Notes: generated from the sequence alone by a model not told the origin. DNA of 51,130 bases from an uncultured Planctomycetales bacterium (GCA_964372915.1 CAYJRN010000003.1:103660-154789), one strand, 5' to 3'. Shown: positions 27,960 to 40,075, counted from the first letter of the stretch. Numbers and translations: made by a program.

Positions 27960-28565
27960 ATGTTTTCGGGGATGATCGAAGAACAAGGCGTTGTGACCGA
28001 CGTTCGCCGTCGAGAAAACCTTTTTGTTTTAAAAGTCAGGGCTCGGAAAATCCTTAAAGGAGTCAAGATCGGGGATAGTGTGGCGGTGGATGGGGTATGT
28101 TTGACGGTCACCTCCAAACAAAAAAATTCCTTGTCCTTTGATGTGATGGCGGAAACTCTTCGGGCGACGACTTTAAAATTCTTGAAAGTCGCCTCCAAGA
28201 TGAACCTGGAGCGGTCGTTTAAAATGGGGGACCGTTTAGGCGGACATTTTGTGAGCGGCCACGTCGATGGCGTTGAGCGCGTTAACAGCGTCATTAAGAA
28301 AAGAAATTACGTCGAATTGGTGATCTCTCTTAACAAGGCGTTAAGATGTTACGTGGTCGTCAAAGGCTCGGTATGCGTGAATGGTGTCAGCTTGACCGTG
28401 GGGCGTCTTCAAAAGGGACGGTTCTCGGTCTATCTTATCGCGCACACACTGTGCGTGACCAACTTAGGGACTTTGAGAACCGGCGATACGGTCAACATTG
28501 AGACTGATATCTTGGCTAAGTATTTTTTTAGCCACGTTGACACTTCAGGGCGGTCAAAGGGTTGA
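27960..28565 (+). CDS. ribE: Riboflavin synthase alpha chain
   Basis: MFSGMIEE, GDSVAVDGVCLTV, GGHFVSGHVD, KGSV.VNGVSLTV. Confidence 0.95.
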   Translation: MFSGMIEEQGVVTDVRRRENLFVLKVRARKILKGVKIGDSVAVDGVCLTVTSKQKNSLSFDVMAETLRATTLKFLKVASKMNLERSFKMGDRLGGHFVSGHVDGVERVNSVIKKRNYVELVISLNKALRCYVVVKGSVCVNGVSLTVGRLQKGRFSVYLIAHTLCVTNLGTLRTGDTVNIETDILAKYFFSHVDTSGRSKG

Positions 28566-28589
28566 CTATCCTAACTTCATCTATATAAT
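28562..28589 (+). promoter_or_regulatory. sigma70 promoter of the KS-like/fabG/fabZ unit
   Basis: TTGACT-16-TATAAT. Confidence 0.65.
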
Positions 28590-28623
28590 TAATTGGGAGA
28601 GTATTCTATAAAGGAAAGTTGGG

Positions 28624-29859
28624 ATGAAAAAACGAGTCCTCATAACCGGAGCCGGGATCCTCACCAGTAACGGCAAAGGTCGCGAAGAATATTGGCAGGC
28701 GCTGAAAAGTGGCAAGGTCGGATATAAACCGGTCACGCTTTTTGACGCGTCCCAATTTCGTGTCAATCAAGCCGGGGAGATCAGCGATTTCGATCCCAAA
28801 GTGTATATGGGAATCAAAGGATTACGCACACTGGACCGCAGCACGACCCTTCTGGTCTCAGCGGCCAAACTTGCCATCCAGGACACGAATTTTACCATCA
28901 CCGAAGAAAATACCGATGATATCGGCGTTTCCTGCGGGACCACCTTAGGCAGCATCAAAAGCATCGCCGAATTCGACGAAGTGACCTTAAGAGAAGGCCC
29001 GCGCTATACGAACCCCGCGCTTTTTCCCAACACCGTCATCAATTCTCCCGCGAGCCAGGTCTCCATCTGGTGTAATATCAAAGGATTCAATACCACGATT
29101 TCCACCGGTTTTTGCGCGAGCATGGACGCGATGAATTATGCCTATGATTTCATTCAATATGAACGCGCCAAGCTGATATTTGCCGGCGGGGTCGAGGAGA
29201 TGTGTATACAGACTTTTTTTGGTTTTTACACTTTAAAATTTATGTCCGGCTCCAAAGAGGGCGAAAGCTTTATCAACTGTCCGTTTGACCGTCGGCGTAA
29301 CGGGGTGACCTTGGGCGAAGGGGCGTGTCTCTTGGCCATGGAAGAGTATGAGCATGCCAAGAATCGAGAGGCGCGAATGTTGGGTGAGGTCCTAGGATTT
29401 GGTACGTGCTTTGATCCTTTCCGCACTAACAAATATAATCCTCGAGCTACAGGCTTGATTAGTTCTATGCGGTATACTTTGGAGGATGCAGAACTCAATC
29501 CCGAGGATATCGATTGCATTTTTGCCAACGCCAATTCGACACCCGCCGCCGATAGGATTGAAACCTTTGCCATCAAAGAGGTTTTTGGGGGCCACAGCGC
29601 CAAGATTCCCGTGACCGCCGTCAAATCCATGGTCGGAGAGTGCTACAGCGTTGGTCCGGCGTTTGCCGCGACCGCGGCGCTTGCCACGCTCAACGAGAAT
29701 TTCATTCCTCCGACGGTTAACTACCAAGAAAAAGATCCCAACTGCGATCTGGACTATGTTCCCAACGAAGCGCGGTCAGCACAGGTCAAAAATATTTTGG
29801 TCATAGCCTGTGGGCCCAACGGCAGCAATACCTGTATGGTGTTGGGGAAGGTGAGATAA
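28624..29859 (+). CDS. FabF-fold ketosynthase lacking the catalytic triad (chain-length-factor-like)
   Basis: [13 protein letters not shown] present; TAC replaced by TGF, HGTST by NANST, GH by GE. Confidence 0.85.
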   Translation: MKKRVLITGAGILTSNGKGREEYWQALKSGKVGYKPVTLFDASQFRVNQAGEISDFDPKVYMGIKGLRTLDRSTTLLVSAAKLAIQDTNFTITEENTDDIGVSCGTTLGSIKSIAEFDEVTLREGPRYTNPALFPNTVINSPASQVSIWCNIKGFNTTISTGFCASMDAMNYAYDFIQYERAKLIFAGGVEEMCIQTFFGFYTLKFMSGSKEGESFINCPFDRRRNGVTLGEGACLLAMEEYEHAKNREARMLGEVLGFGTCFDPFRTNKYNPRATGLISSMRYTLEDAELNPEDIDCIFANANSTPAADRIETFAIKEVFGGHSAKIPVTAVKSMVGECYSVGPAFAATAALATLNENFIPPTVNYQEKDPNCDLDYVPNEARSAQVKNILVIACGPNGSNTCMVLGKVR

Positions 29860-29875
29860 ATGGGAGAAATCTTTT

Positions 29876-30625
29876 ATGAGTTTCATTAAAAACAAAGTGG
29901 CTATTGTGACCGGAGGCTCCAGAGGCATTGGCCGGGCGATTGTGATGATGTTGGCCCAAGAGGGCTGCCACGTGGCCTTCAATTATCTGCACAGTGAAGA
30001 ACAGGCCTTAGCCTTGGAAGTCGAGGCGCGCGCCCGAGGCGTTAAGGCCAAGGCCAGTTGCGTGGACATTAAGGATTTCAATCTCGTCAAAGATTGGATT
30101 CAAAAAACTAAAGAAGAATTTGGGCGCCTGGATATCCTGGTTAATAATGCCGGTATTATCGTGGATAAGGCGTTGATGCTGATGAGCCAGGAGGATTGGC
30201 ACGAGGTCATTGCGACGAACTTGAACGGGTATTTCAACACGTCGCGCGCGTGTGTGGTCACGTTCCTTAAACAAAAGAGCGGGGATATCGTCAATATTTC
30301 TTCGGTGAGCGGAATGATTGGTCTTCCGCGGCAGGTGAATTATTCGGCCTCCAAAGGGGCCATCAACGCTTTTACCAAAGCGCTTGCCAAGGAGGTCGCG
30401 GCTTACGGCGTTCGGGTCAATGCCGTCGCCCCTGGCTATATTGAAACGGATATTCTCACGGGGTTTAATGATAAACAAAAAGAGCAGATTATCAAAAACA
30501 TTCCTTTGGGACGCGTCGGTCGTCCGGAAGACGTTGCTCATTGTGTCAAATTCCTTTTAAGCGAAGGGGCGCAATATATTACCGGACAAATTATTACGGT
30601 CGATGGCGGGCTTACCATGCGCTAG
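29876..30625 (+). CDS. fabG: 3-oxoacyl-ACP reductase
   Basis: [24 protein letters not shown]. Confidence 0.88.
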   Translation: MSFIKNKVAIVTGGSRGIGRAIVMMLAQEGCHVAFNYLHSEEQALALEVEARARGVKAKASCVDIKDFNLVKDWIQKTKEEFGRLDILVNNAGIIVDKALMLMSQEDWHEVIATNLNGYFNTSRACVVTFLKQKSGDIVNISSVSGMIGLPRQVNYSASKGAINAFTKALAKEVAAYGVRVNAVAPGYIETDILTGFNDKQKEQIIKNIPLGRVGRPEDVAHCVKFLLSEGAQYITGQIITVDGGLTMR

Positions 30626-30721
30626 AACCCCACGCTGCTCCTATTCGTCGCAGCTTTGGGGTAAATTCGCGCTTACAACTTACGTTCGCCTTGCAGGCTC
30701 CGTAAGTTGTGCGCTCATTTA
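30624..30721. repeat. Two-hairpin structured element, copy 2
   Basis: Homologous to 17991-18105. Confidence 0.85.
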
Positions 30722-30729
30722 GGAGACCT

Positions 30730-31164
30730 ATGGAACTCGATGTCCGTGAAATCCAAAAAATCATCCCTCACCGTTTTCCTTTTCTTTTGCTTGATAAGGT
30801 CGTTGATATTAAGCCTAACGAAAAACTGACGGCGGTGAAGAACGTTTCCATCAACGAACACTTTTTCGTCGGGCATTTCCCCAATGAAAAGGTCATGCCC
30901 GGCGTTCTCATCATCGAGGCCATGGCTCAGGCAGGATGCATCTATTTTTATTACAGCAAGAACATGCAGGGGAAAAATCTCATTTATTATCTCGCCAAGG
31001 TAACCGCGAAATTCATGGCGCCGGTAGTACCGGGAGATCAATTAAGAATCGAAGTGAGGACCATCAAAATGTTACCCAAAGCCGGATTCTTGAACACACA
31101 AGCATTTGTCGGTGAGAAGCTTGTGGCAGAAGCAGAGATTGGATTCGGCATCAAAGAAGTTTGA
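30730..31164 (+). CDS. fabZ: 3-hydroxyacyl-ACP dehydratase
   Basis: PHRFPFLLLD, GHFP...MPGVLIIEAMAQ, PVVPGD. Confidence 0.92.
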   Translation: MELDVREIQKIIPHRFPFLLLDKVVDIKPNEKLTAVKNVSINEHFFVGHFPNEKVMPGVLIIEAMAQAGCIYFYYSKNMQGKNLIYYLAKVTAKFMAPVVPGDQLRIEVRTIKMLPKAGFLNTQAFVGEKLVAEAEIGFGIKEV

Positions 31165-31230
31165 AAATCCTTCCTAAAAAAGACACTTTCTAGCCACCCA
31201 AACACCTATCAAAACGATTGATTCTTAAGA

Positions 31231-31259
31231 TTGACGATGCTCGGTTGAAATGTTAGACT
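31231..31259 (+). promoter_or_regulatory. Probable tRNA-Pro promoter
   Basis: TTGACG-17-TAGACT. Confidence 0.55.
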
Positions 31260-31316
31260 AACAACTTCAGTCGATTATTGTTAACTACAGAAAATTGTGG
31301 CCAGGAAGGGGATTCA

Positions 31317-31393
31317 CGGGGAGTAGCGCAGATGGCTAGCGCGCAACGTTCGGGACGTTGAGGTCGAGGGTTCAAATCCCTCCTCCCCGACCA
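31317..31393 (+). tRNA. tRNA-Pro (anticodon CGG)
   Basis: CGGGGAG/CTCCCCG acceptor, CAACG-TTCGGGA-CGTTG anticodon arm, GGTTCAAATCC, encoded CCA. Confidence 0.97.
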
Positions 31394-31511
31394 TAAACCA
31401 CTCGCTTCGTTCGGGTTTATGGTTGACCATTAATATTGAGAGTGGTTTATGAGTCCTGAACCGGAGCGAAGCCATGTACCATACGGCACATGGCAAGCGA
31501 CTGGTTCAGGA
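31390..31511. repeat. Hairpin cluster between tRNA-Pro and the GIY-YIG gene
   Basis: ACCATAAACC/GGTTTATGGT, CATAAACCACTC/GAGTGGTTTATG, TCCTGAACC/GGTTCAGGA enclosing GCCATGT/ACATGGC. Confidence 0.8.
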
Positions 31512-31529
31512 TCAAGGAATTCGTTGAGC

Positions 31530-31793
31530 ATGTATTTTGTTTACGTCCTACATAGTCAAAAAGATTGGCAATTATATATTGGATTTACAGATAGTCTCGA
31601 ATCAAGAATCCTACGGCATCAGAATGGAGAAGTTCCTTCGACCAAAGATAGAAGACCTTTTAAATTAATCTTCCACGAAGCTTATCTAACAAAAAGCGAT
31701 GCTTTAAGGCGCGAACATTATTTTAAAACTACCAAAGGTAAAACAGCGCTTAAAATAATGCTTAAAGATTATTTTTCTTACCTTAATAAGTAG
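31530..31793 (+). CDS. Small stand-alone GIY-YIG nuclease
   Basis: MYFVYVLHS.KD..LYIGFT..L..R..RH..G.V.STK.RRP..L...EAY....DA.RRE.YFKT..G, 87 aa. Confidence 0.92.
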   Translation: MYFVYVLHSQKDWQLYIGFTDSLESRILRHQNGEVPSTKDRRPFKLIFHEAYLTKSDALRREHYFKTTKGKTALKIMLKDYFSYLNK

Positions 31794-31815
31794 ATAAACC
31801 TAAATAAATCTTCTC

Positions 31816-32091
31816 ATGCTTACCCTCGCTCACATTTTTTATTCCGGAACGGTTCAAGGGGTGGGCTTTCGCTATACGGTTAAGCGGTTGGCCGCCGACC
31901 TTAAACTGAAAGGCTGGGTGCGCAATTCCAATGACGGCCGGGTTGAGATGGCAGTCGAAGGGGAGCAAAAAACCGTTGATGAACTTTTAAAGAGAATTGA
32001 TGAGCGTTATGAGGGATGCATCCGGGATAAGCGCATGAATTGGGGAAGCCCTCGCGAAGAATTCCAGGATTTTGAAATCAGGTTTTACTAG
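31816..32091 (+). CDS. acyP: Acylphosphatase
   Basis: [20 protein letters not shown]. Confidence 0.93.
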   Translation: MLTLAHIFYSGTVQGVGFRYTVKRLAADLKLKGWVRNSNDGRVEMAVEGEQKTVDELLKRIDERYEGCIRDKRMNWGSPREEFQDFEIRFY

Positions 32092-32296
32092 CCTTTTCCT
32101 TATTGACGATTGTTCCACCAAAAAAGGATTTTTTAAAGAGAACAATCGTCGAGATACTGACTACCACATACGTTTTTGATAAAGAAAAGGTCAGTAATAA
32201 TGTTATTAGAGGAAGGCAGTACTACTTTTTCTTTTCGTCGAGAAGAATCTATGAAAGAATCTTCTAATCCATTATTGGAAAGGAAAAAGTCAGTAG

Positions 32297-34862
<2,566 letters not shown>

Positions 34863-34896
34863 TGTTTTTGGCAAGCTATTAAAGAGGACTTGAAGA

Positions 34897-35784
34897 GTGA
34901 AGGATCTTATTCAGGAATTCATGAATTATATTTCTGTGGAGCGGGGATTGGCTAAAAATACTCTCTTGGCTTACCGCTGGGATTTGGTGAAATATACTCA
35001 GTCACTGGCCGACAAAGGAATCAATTCCGCCGCCCAAGTCAAGCGAGAGCACGTGACCGCTTACATGCTTGAGCAAAAGCAAAGAGGGATGTCGGCCACC
35101 TCCATCAGCCGGAATCTGGCCGCGATAAAGATGTTCCACCGTTTTTTGGTGAGAGAACGCCTTGCGAAAGACGATCCCACCGCGCTTGTGGATACTCCGA
35201 AATTATGGAAAAAAATTCCGGATGTACTTTCGCCTCCCGAGATTGAATTGATGATTAAGGCCTCCGGCGGGCGTCACTGGCAAGATGTTCGCGATCAGGC
35301 GATGCTGGAACTCTTGTACGCGAGCGGCATGCGGGTCTCCGAACTCGTCAATCTTAAAGTGGAGAATGTGAATCTCGATATGGGGTATGTGCGTTGCATC
35401 GGCAAAGGAAGCAAGGAACGGATCATTCCAATCGGTAGAAGGGCGCGAGGTTCCGTGAAGAAGTATTGCGACCTAACCCGCGGGAAACTGATTAAATCCG
35501 AAATCACCAACGCCCTTTTCTTGAGTCGCCTGGGAAAAAAAATGAGCCGGCAGAGCATTTGGAAGCTCATCAAGCGCTACGCCAAGAAGGCCAAGATTAA
35601 GAAAGTCATCAAACCGCACACGATCCGGCATTCCTTCGCGACGCATTTGTTGGAGCGAGGCGCGGATTTGCGTTCGGTGCAAGAGATGTTGGGACACTCG
35701 GATATTTCCACGACCCAGATTTATACGCACGTTGACAAAGAGCGCCTGCGCTCCATCCATAAGGAGTTTCATCCGAGGGCTTAA
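34897..35784 (+). CDS. xerD: Site-specific tyrosine recombinase XerD
   Basis: ERGLAKNT..AY..D, LYASGMRVSEL, GKGSKER, PHTIRHSFATHLLE.GADLRSVQEMLGHSDISTTQIY. Confidence 0.93.
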   Translation: MKDLIQEFMNYISVERGLAKNTLLAYRWDLVKYTQSLADKGINSAAQVKREHVTAYMLEQKQRGMSATSISRNLAAIKMFHRFLVRERLAKDDPTALVDTPKLWKKIPDVLSPPEIELMIKASGGRHWQDVRDQAMLELLYASGMRVSELVNLKVENVNLDMGYVRCIGKGSKERIIPIGRRARGSVKKYCDLTRGKLIKSEITNALFLSRLGKKMSRQSIWKLIKRYAKKAKIKKVIKPHTIRHSFATHLLERGADLRSVQEMLGHSDISTTQIYTHVDKERLRSIHKEFHPRA

Positions 35785-35788
35785 AACT

Positions 35789-37075
35789 ATGACTCATTGG
35801 TTGAACAGATTTTCGCCGGCGTTCTTGAAGACAGTAAAGGCGATCGGTCAACAAGCACAGCGTCGGGGTTTAAAGGCGTATGTGGTTGGAGGGATTGTCC
35901 GGGATCTTATTTTAAAGAAAAAGAACCTGGACTTGGATGTGGTGGTGGAGGGCAATGCCATTGCTTTCGCTCGGGCGCTGACATCCAAGTATAAAGCTTT
36001 ACTGGTGGTGCATGAAAAATTCGGGACCGCCACCTTAACGTTCCCCAGCCGCCTGCGGTTAGATCTGGCGACGGCGAGAGAGGAATATTATCCTTCCCCG
36101 GCCGCCTTGCCGGTCGTGGATCCGGGAACGATCCGCGATGATCTTTTCCGCCGGGATTTTACCATCAATGCCATGGCCATTTGTATCAATCCGGATGACT
36201 TTGGCAGGCTGGTGGATTATTATGGCGGGTGGGAAGATTTGTGTCATAAAAGGATCAGGGTTTTGCACAAAGAAAGCTTTCTTGAGGATCCAACGAGAAT
36301 TTTGCGCGCCGTGCGTTTTGAACAGAGATTAGGATTTCAGCTTGAAGCAGAAACAGGCTCGCTGTTAAAATCAGCCCTGCAGGCAGGGGCGGAACATAAG
36401 GTCAAGCCCGCACGGTATTTTCAAGAATTCAGAAAGAATTTTAAGGAAGCGCGGCCTTGGAAAAATATCCGACGGCTTTATCAGTTAGGCGGTTTGAAAT
36501 TTCTAGGAAAGGGTGTCAAGTCTGACCGATCTCTGGAACGCTTGATGCGCTCGGTGGATGAGCAAAGGGCGTGGCATCAACGGAAATTTAAAGGACAAAA
36601 TTTACAAGCGTGGTTGGTCCAATGTATGGCATTATTATATGCGGCGCCCCACGCCTTAAGACGGCAAGCGATAACAAAATTTCATCTGAGCAACTACGAA
36701 AAAGATAATATTCTTATTTTGCGTAAGGTTAAAAACATAATAAAAAAATTGTCGCGCCGGTCAGTTCGTCCGAGTGAGGTTGTCGAATTATTGAGACCTT
36801 GGAAGCGAGAAGCCATTCTTTTTGTTCGGGCGCTCTCGAGATTACCGGCAGTTCGCTCCAGAATTGGGGAGTATTGGATAAAAGGTGAGAATGCCAGGTT
36901 GTCTATCAACGGTCACGATTTGAGCCGTTTGGGATTGCAGGATGGGCGCGCCGTAGGTAAAGCGCTTAAAAAATTATTGGCAAAGAAGATAGACGGTGAA
37001 ATTATTTCGCGTCAGGATGAATTTGCCCTAGCCCAGGAGATGATTTCCCGCGAACGAAAGAGGAGAAGATCATGA
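35789..37075 (+). CDS. tRNA nucleotidyltransferase (class II, CCA/A-adding family)
   Basis: VGGIVRD, DLDVVV, RRDFTINA, EDPTRILRAVRFEQR. Confidence 0.88.
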   Translation: MTHWLNRFSPAFLKTVKAIGQQAQRRGLKAYVVGGIVRDLILKKKNLDLDVVVEGNAIAFARALTSKYKALLVVHEKFGTATLTFPSRLRLDLATAREEYYPSPAALPVVDPGTIRDDLFRRDFTINAMAICINPDDFGRLVDYYGGWEDLCHKRIRVLHKESFLEDPTRILRAVRFEQRLGFQLEAETGSLLKSALQAGAEHKVKPARYFQEFRKNFKEARPWKNIRRLYQLGGLKFLGKGVKSDRSLERLMRSVDEQRAWHQRKFKGQNLQAWLVQCMALLYAAPHALRRQAITKFHLSNYEKDNILILRKVKNIIKKLSRRSVRPSEVVELLRPWKREAILFVRALSRLPAVRSRIGEYWIKGENARLSINGHDLSRLGLQDGRAVGKALKKLLAKKIDGEIISRQDEFALAQEMISRERKRRRS

Positions 37076-37434
37076 GTCGTATCGATAGAATCAATCAAAC
37101 GATGAAAAGAGAAATCAGTCTCATTGTGCATTCCGAGGTTAAAGATCCGCGCCTGGAATTCGTGTCGATCACACAAGTGGAGGTCAGTCGTGACCTGCAG
37201 CACGCGCGTGTTTTTTTTAGCGTGCTGGGAGACCAAAGCCAGGCCGGCAAGGCGGAAGATGGATTAAATAGCGCCAAAGGTTTTATTCGTAAGCTCGTCG
37301 GCCAAAGGATCCGTATGCGTTTTACGCCCGAGATCGAATTCATCTATGACCGCTCCATTGAATACAGTGCCCGTATTGAACAAACCCTCGAGGAGATCCG
37401 CCATGAGTCAGAAGGCGATTCACCAAGCGATTAA
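37072..37434 (+). CDS. rbfA: Ribosome-binding factor A
   Basis: KDPRL..VSIT.V.VS.DL..A.V, MRFTPEI.F.YD.S. Confidence 0.96.
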   Translation: MSRIDRINQTMKREISLIVHSEVKDPRLEFVSITQVEVSRDLQHARVFFSVLGDQSQAGKAEDGLNSAKGFIRKLVGQRIRMRFTPEIEFIYDRSIEYSARIEQTLEEIRHESEGDSPSD

Positions 37435-38365
37435 AAAACATAAAATCTTTCTTATCAGCACGCACGTGAATCCTGATCCGGACGCGCTGGCTTCGGAACT
37501 CGCGATGGCGCTTTATCTTAAAGCATTAGGCAAGAAAGTTCACGTCGTCAATACCGACCCAGTGCCCTCCCGTTTTCAATTCCTTCCCACCATTGAAATG
37601 GTTAAAGAATACAAGGACGGGCAAACCTTGGACTATGATGTCGCCATTGTCTTGGATTGCGGGGATCTTCATCGAATCGAGAAGGTCAAGAATCTTATCT
37701 TGAAGGGGAAGGTCCTTGTCAATTTTGATCACCATTTAACCAACGATCATTTCGGGACGCTCAACCTTATCAGACCACAAGCTTCATCGACGGCAGAAGT
37801 GTTGTTTGATTTTTTAAAATATGCCAAGGCGCGATTGAACCGGGAAATGGCGCAGCTTTTGTATCTTGGGGTGATGACAGATACCGGCTCATTTCGCTAT
37901 GACAGCACCACGGTTCATACGCATAAGGTGGCCGGCGAACTTATGAAATTCGATTTTTCTGTGAGCGAACTTTATCGCCGGATTTATGAGCGGGTAACCT
38001 TTGAGGATCTTCGACTTTTCACCAAAGTCATCAATCGTTTTGAAACCCTTTATAAAGGAAGGGTGGTCTGTATTGAACTTAAGAAAAACATCTTGAAGAA
38101 ATTTTCGGAAGAATTTGATGTGAGGGATAAGGTTTTTACCTTTTTAAGGGCCATCCGCGGGGTCGAGGTCATCATCATTTATTCGGATCATACCCCAAAG
38201 CAGACCAGGGTCAACTTTCGTTCGCAAGGGAATCGTGTTAACGTCGCGCAGCTCGCTTATGTTTTCGGCGGCGGCGGCCATCGCAAGGCCAGCGGCTGCA
38301 TGGTGAGCGGAAATATCTCTGAGGCCCGCAAGAAAGTCTTGACTGAGCTTGATAAAATCCTGTGA
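37403..38365 (+). CDS. nrnA: DHH-family oligoribonuclease / pAp phosphatase
   Basis: H.NPD.DA, DHH, TDTGSF, GGGGH.KASG. Confidence 0.9.
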   Translation: MSQKAIHQAIKKHKIFLISTHVNPDPDALASELAMALYLKALGKKVHVVNTDPVPSRFQFLPTIEMVKEYKDGQTLDYDVAIVLDCGDLHRIEKVKNLILKGKVLVNFDHHLTNDHFGTLNLIRPQASSTAEVLFDFLKYAKARLNREMAQLLYLGVMTDTGSFRYDSTTVHTHKVAGELMKFDFSVSELYRRIYERVTFEDLRLFTKVINRFETLYKGRVVCIELKKNILKKFSEEFDVRDKVFTFLRAIRGVEVIIIYSDHTPKQTRVNFRSQGNRVNVAQLAYVFGGGGHRKASGCMVSGNISEARKKVLTELDKIL

Positions 38366-39045
38366 AAACACTTCCCCAAAATAAAAATGGCATTGTGATC
38401 GTTGATAAGCCTTCCGGCATAACATCCCATGATGTGGTGAGTTTTGTCCGTCGGAAATTTCAGATGAAGAAGGTGGGCCATGCGGGGACGCTCGATCCGC
38501 TGGCCACCGGGGTTTTGGTGATTTTGTTGGGCCAATCCACAAAACTTTTTAATAAATTTGTCACTTTCGATAAGGCGTACAACGCTACTTTGAGGCTGGG
38601 GACAACCACAACCACCGCCGACATCGAGGGCAATGTGATTAGTGAACTTGGCTTTGAAGATATCACCCGCCCGAAAGTGGAGGAGGCTTTCCGTGAATTT
38701 ACCGGGGAGATCAAACAAAAGCCGCCCATGGTTTCTGCCGTCAAACACAACGGTCAAAGGCTTTATAAGCTTGCCCGCAGGGGCATTGAAGTGGACCGCC
38801 AGTCGCGGGATATTAAAATCAGTCTTCTTAAGATTTTGGATTTTTCTTTGCCTTACGTAAAATTCTGCCTGGAATGTTCGAAAGGAACGTATGTGCGCAA
38901 GCTTGCGGAAGACATCGGCCAAGTCTTAGGCTGCGGTGGGTGTATTTCTCAAATCGAGCGCACGAAAGTGGGACCTTTTAACATCGACGAAGCGGTTTCT
39001 CTTGAGGAGTTAAATGAAAGTCATATCCGTCTCTGGCCAGGTTAA
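38362..39045 (+). CDS. truB: tRNA pseudouridine(55) synthase
   Basis: KPSGITSHD, GHAGTLDPLATGVL, CSKGTYVR. Confidence 0.96.
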   Translation: MKTLPQNKNGIVIVDKPSGITSHDVVSFVRRKFQMKKVGHAGTLDPLATGVLVILLGQSTKLFNKFVTFDKAYNATLRLGTTTTTADIEGNVISELGFEDITRPKVEEAFREFTGEIKQKPPMVSAVKHNGQRLYKLARRGIEVDRQSRDIKISLLKILDFSLPYVKFCLECSKGTYVRKLAEDIGQVLGCGGCISQIERTKVGPFNIDEAVSLEELNESHIRLWPG

Positions 39046-40075
39046 GCCCGCCTTGATGAGCCACAGGCGAGGCAGGCTCAATTTTAAAAAACCCATCTTG
39101 GCGATCGGTGTTTTCGACGGGGTTCATCTCGGCCATCAATGCCTTATTCATAAAGTGATTAAGAAAGCGAAGGCGATCGGGGGCACAAGTGTTGTGATGA
39201 CATTCTGGCCGCATCCGGTACACGTTTTAAAACCCGAACTCAACTCGCCGCTTTTGATCCCGCTGTCTTTAAGGCTCAAGCTTATCGCATCTTTAGGCGT
39301 GCAGGTTTGCCTCATCGTCAGATTTACCAAAAAGTTTTCCCGTTGGTCACCGCAAAAATTCGTAGAAAAATTTTTAGGGACTGTGATAAGACCCGCGGAG
39401 GTTTTTGTCGGAGATGATTTTCGTTTTGGTCATGATCGCAGCGGTCATTTGGATTTTTTAAAAAACCAGGGAAGGTATCTTGGTTTTAAGGTGAACGTCG
39501 TTTCTTCTGTGCATTTGGGACCATACGATGTCAGTAGTACTCTTATTAGGCGCCTCATTGGGGAGGGAAATTTGGCGCAGGCCGCTAAGCTCTTGAATCG
39601 AAAGGTTTCGTTCTTGGGAAAAGTTATCAAAGGAGATTCCCGCGGCAAGCGACTGGGATATCCAACGGCGAACCTTAATCCAGCGTCGTATGTGATTCCT
39701 CCTCGGGGTGTCTATCTCGCGCAAGTGGAAGTTAACCCTGTGACTCATTCTTCGCCCCCGGGCTTGCCGTTTCGGCTTGCTATGGCGGACAGAGTTGATG
39801 CCAAGCGATGGCGAAGCGTCAAAAAAAAGAAATTGAACGCCTTGGTCAATGTCGGATATCGTCCTTCTTTTAAAAAGTCCAACGATTCCGTGAATCTCGA
39901 GGTCCACATCCTTGATTTTAAAGAAAACATCTACGGCCAAGAAATTCTCGTGAAATTCCTCAGTAAACTTCGCGATGAAAAAGAGTTTGCTTCTCCTCAT
40001 GAGCTCATCGCGCAAATCAAAAAAGATGAAATCAAGGCTAGAAAATTCTTTTCTTCCCGTCCGAGCCTTCTTTAA
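39014..40075 (+). CDS. ribF: Bifunctional riboflavin kinase / FAD synthetase with two insertions
   Basis: GVFDGVHLGHQ, VSST.IR, G..LGYPTAN, NVGYRPSF, EVHILDF, LRDEK.F. Confidence 0.95.
   Translation: MKVISVSGQVKPALMSHRRGRLNFKKPILAIGVFDGVHLGHQCLIHKVIKKAKAIGGTSVVMTFWPHPVHVLKPELNSPLLIPLSLRLKLIASLGVQVCLIVRFTKKFSRWSPQKFVEKFLGTVIRPAEVFVGDDFRFGHDRSGHLDFLKNQGRYLGFKVNVVSSVHLGPYDVSSTLIRRLIGEGNLAQAAKLLNRKVSFLGKVIKGDSRGKRLGYPTANLNPASYVIPPRGVYLAQVEVNPVTHSSPPGLPFRLAMADRVDAKRWRSVKKKKLNALVNVGYRPSFKKSNDSVNLEVHILDFKENIYGQEILVKFLSKLRDEKEFASPHELIAQIKKDEIKARKFFSSRPSLL

Noticed and set aside
31449..31529. 27-aa N-terminal extension of the GIY-YIG ORF
   Set aside because: It is encoded by hairpin DNA; the family motif starts at ATG 31530
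34897..35784. Prophage or island integrase
   Set aside because: Sequence and core-gene context fit housekeeping XerD
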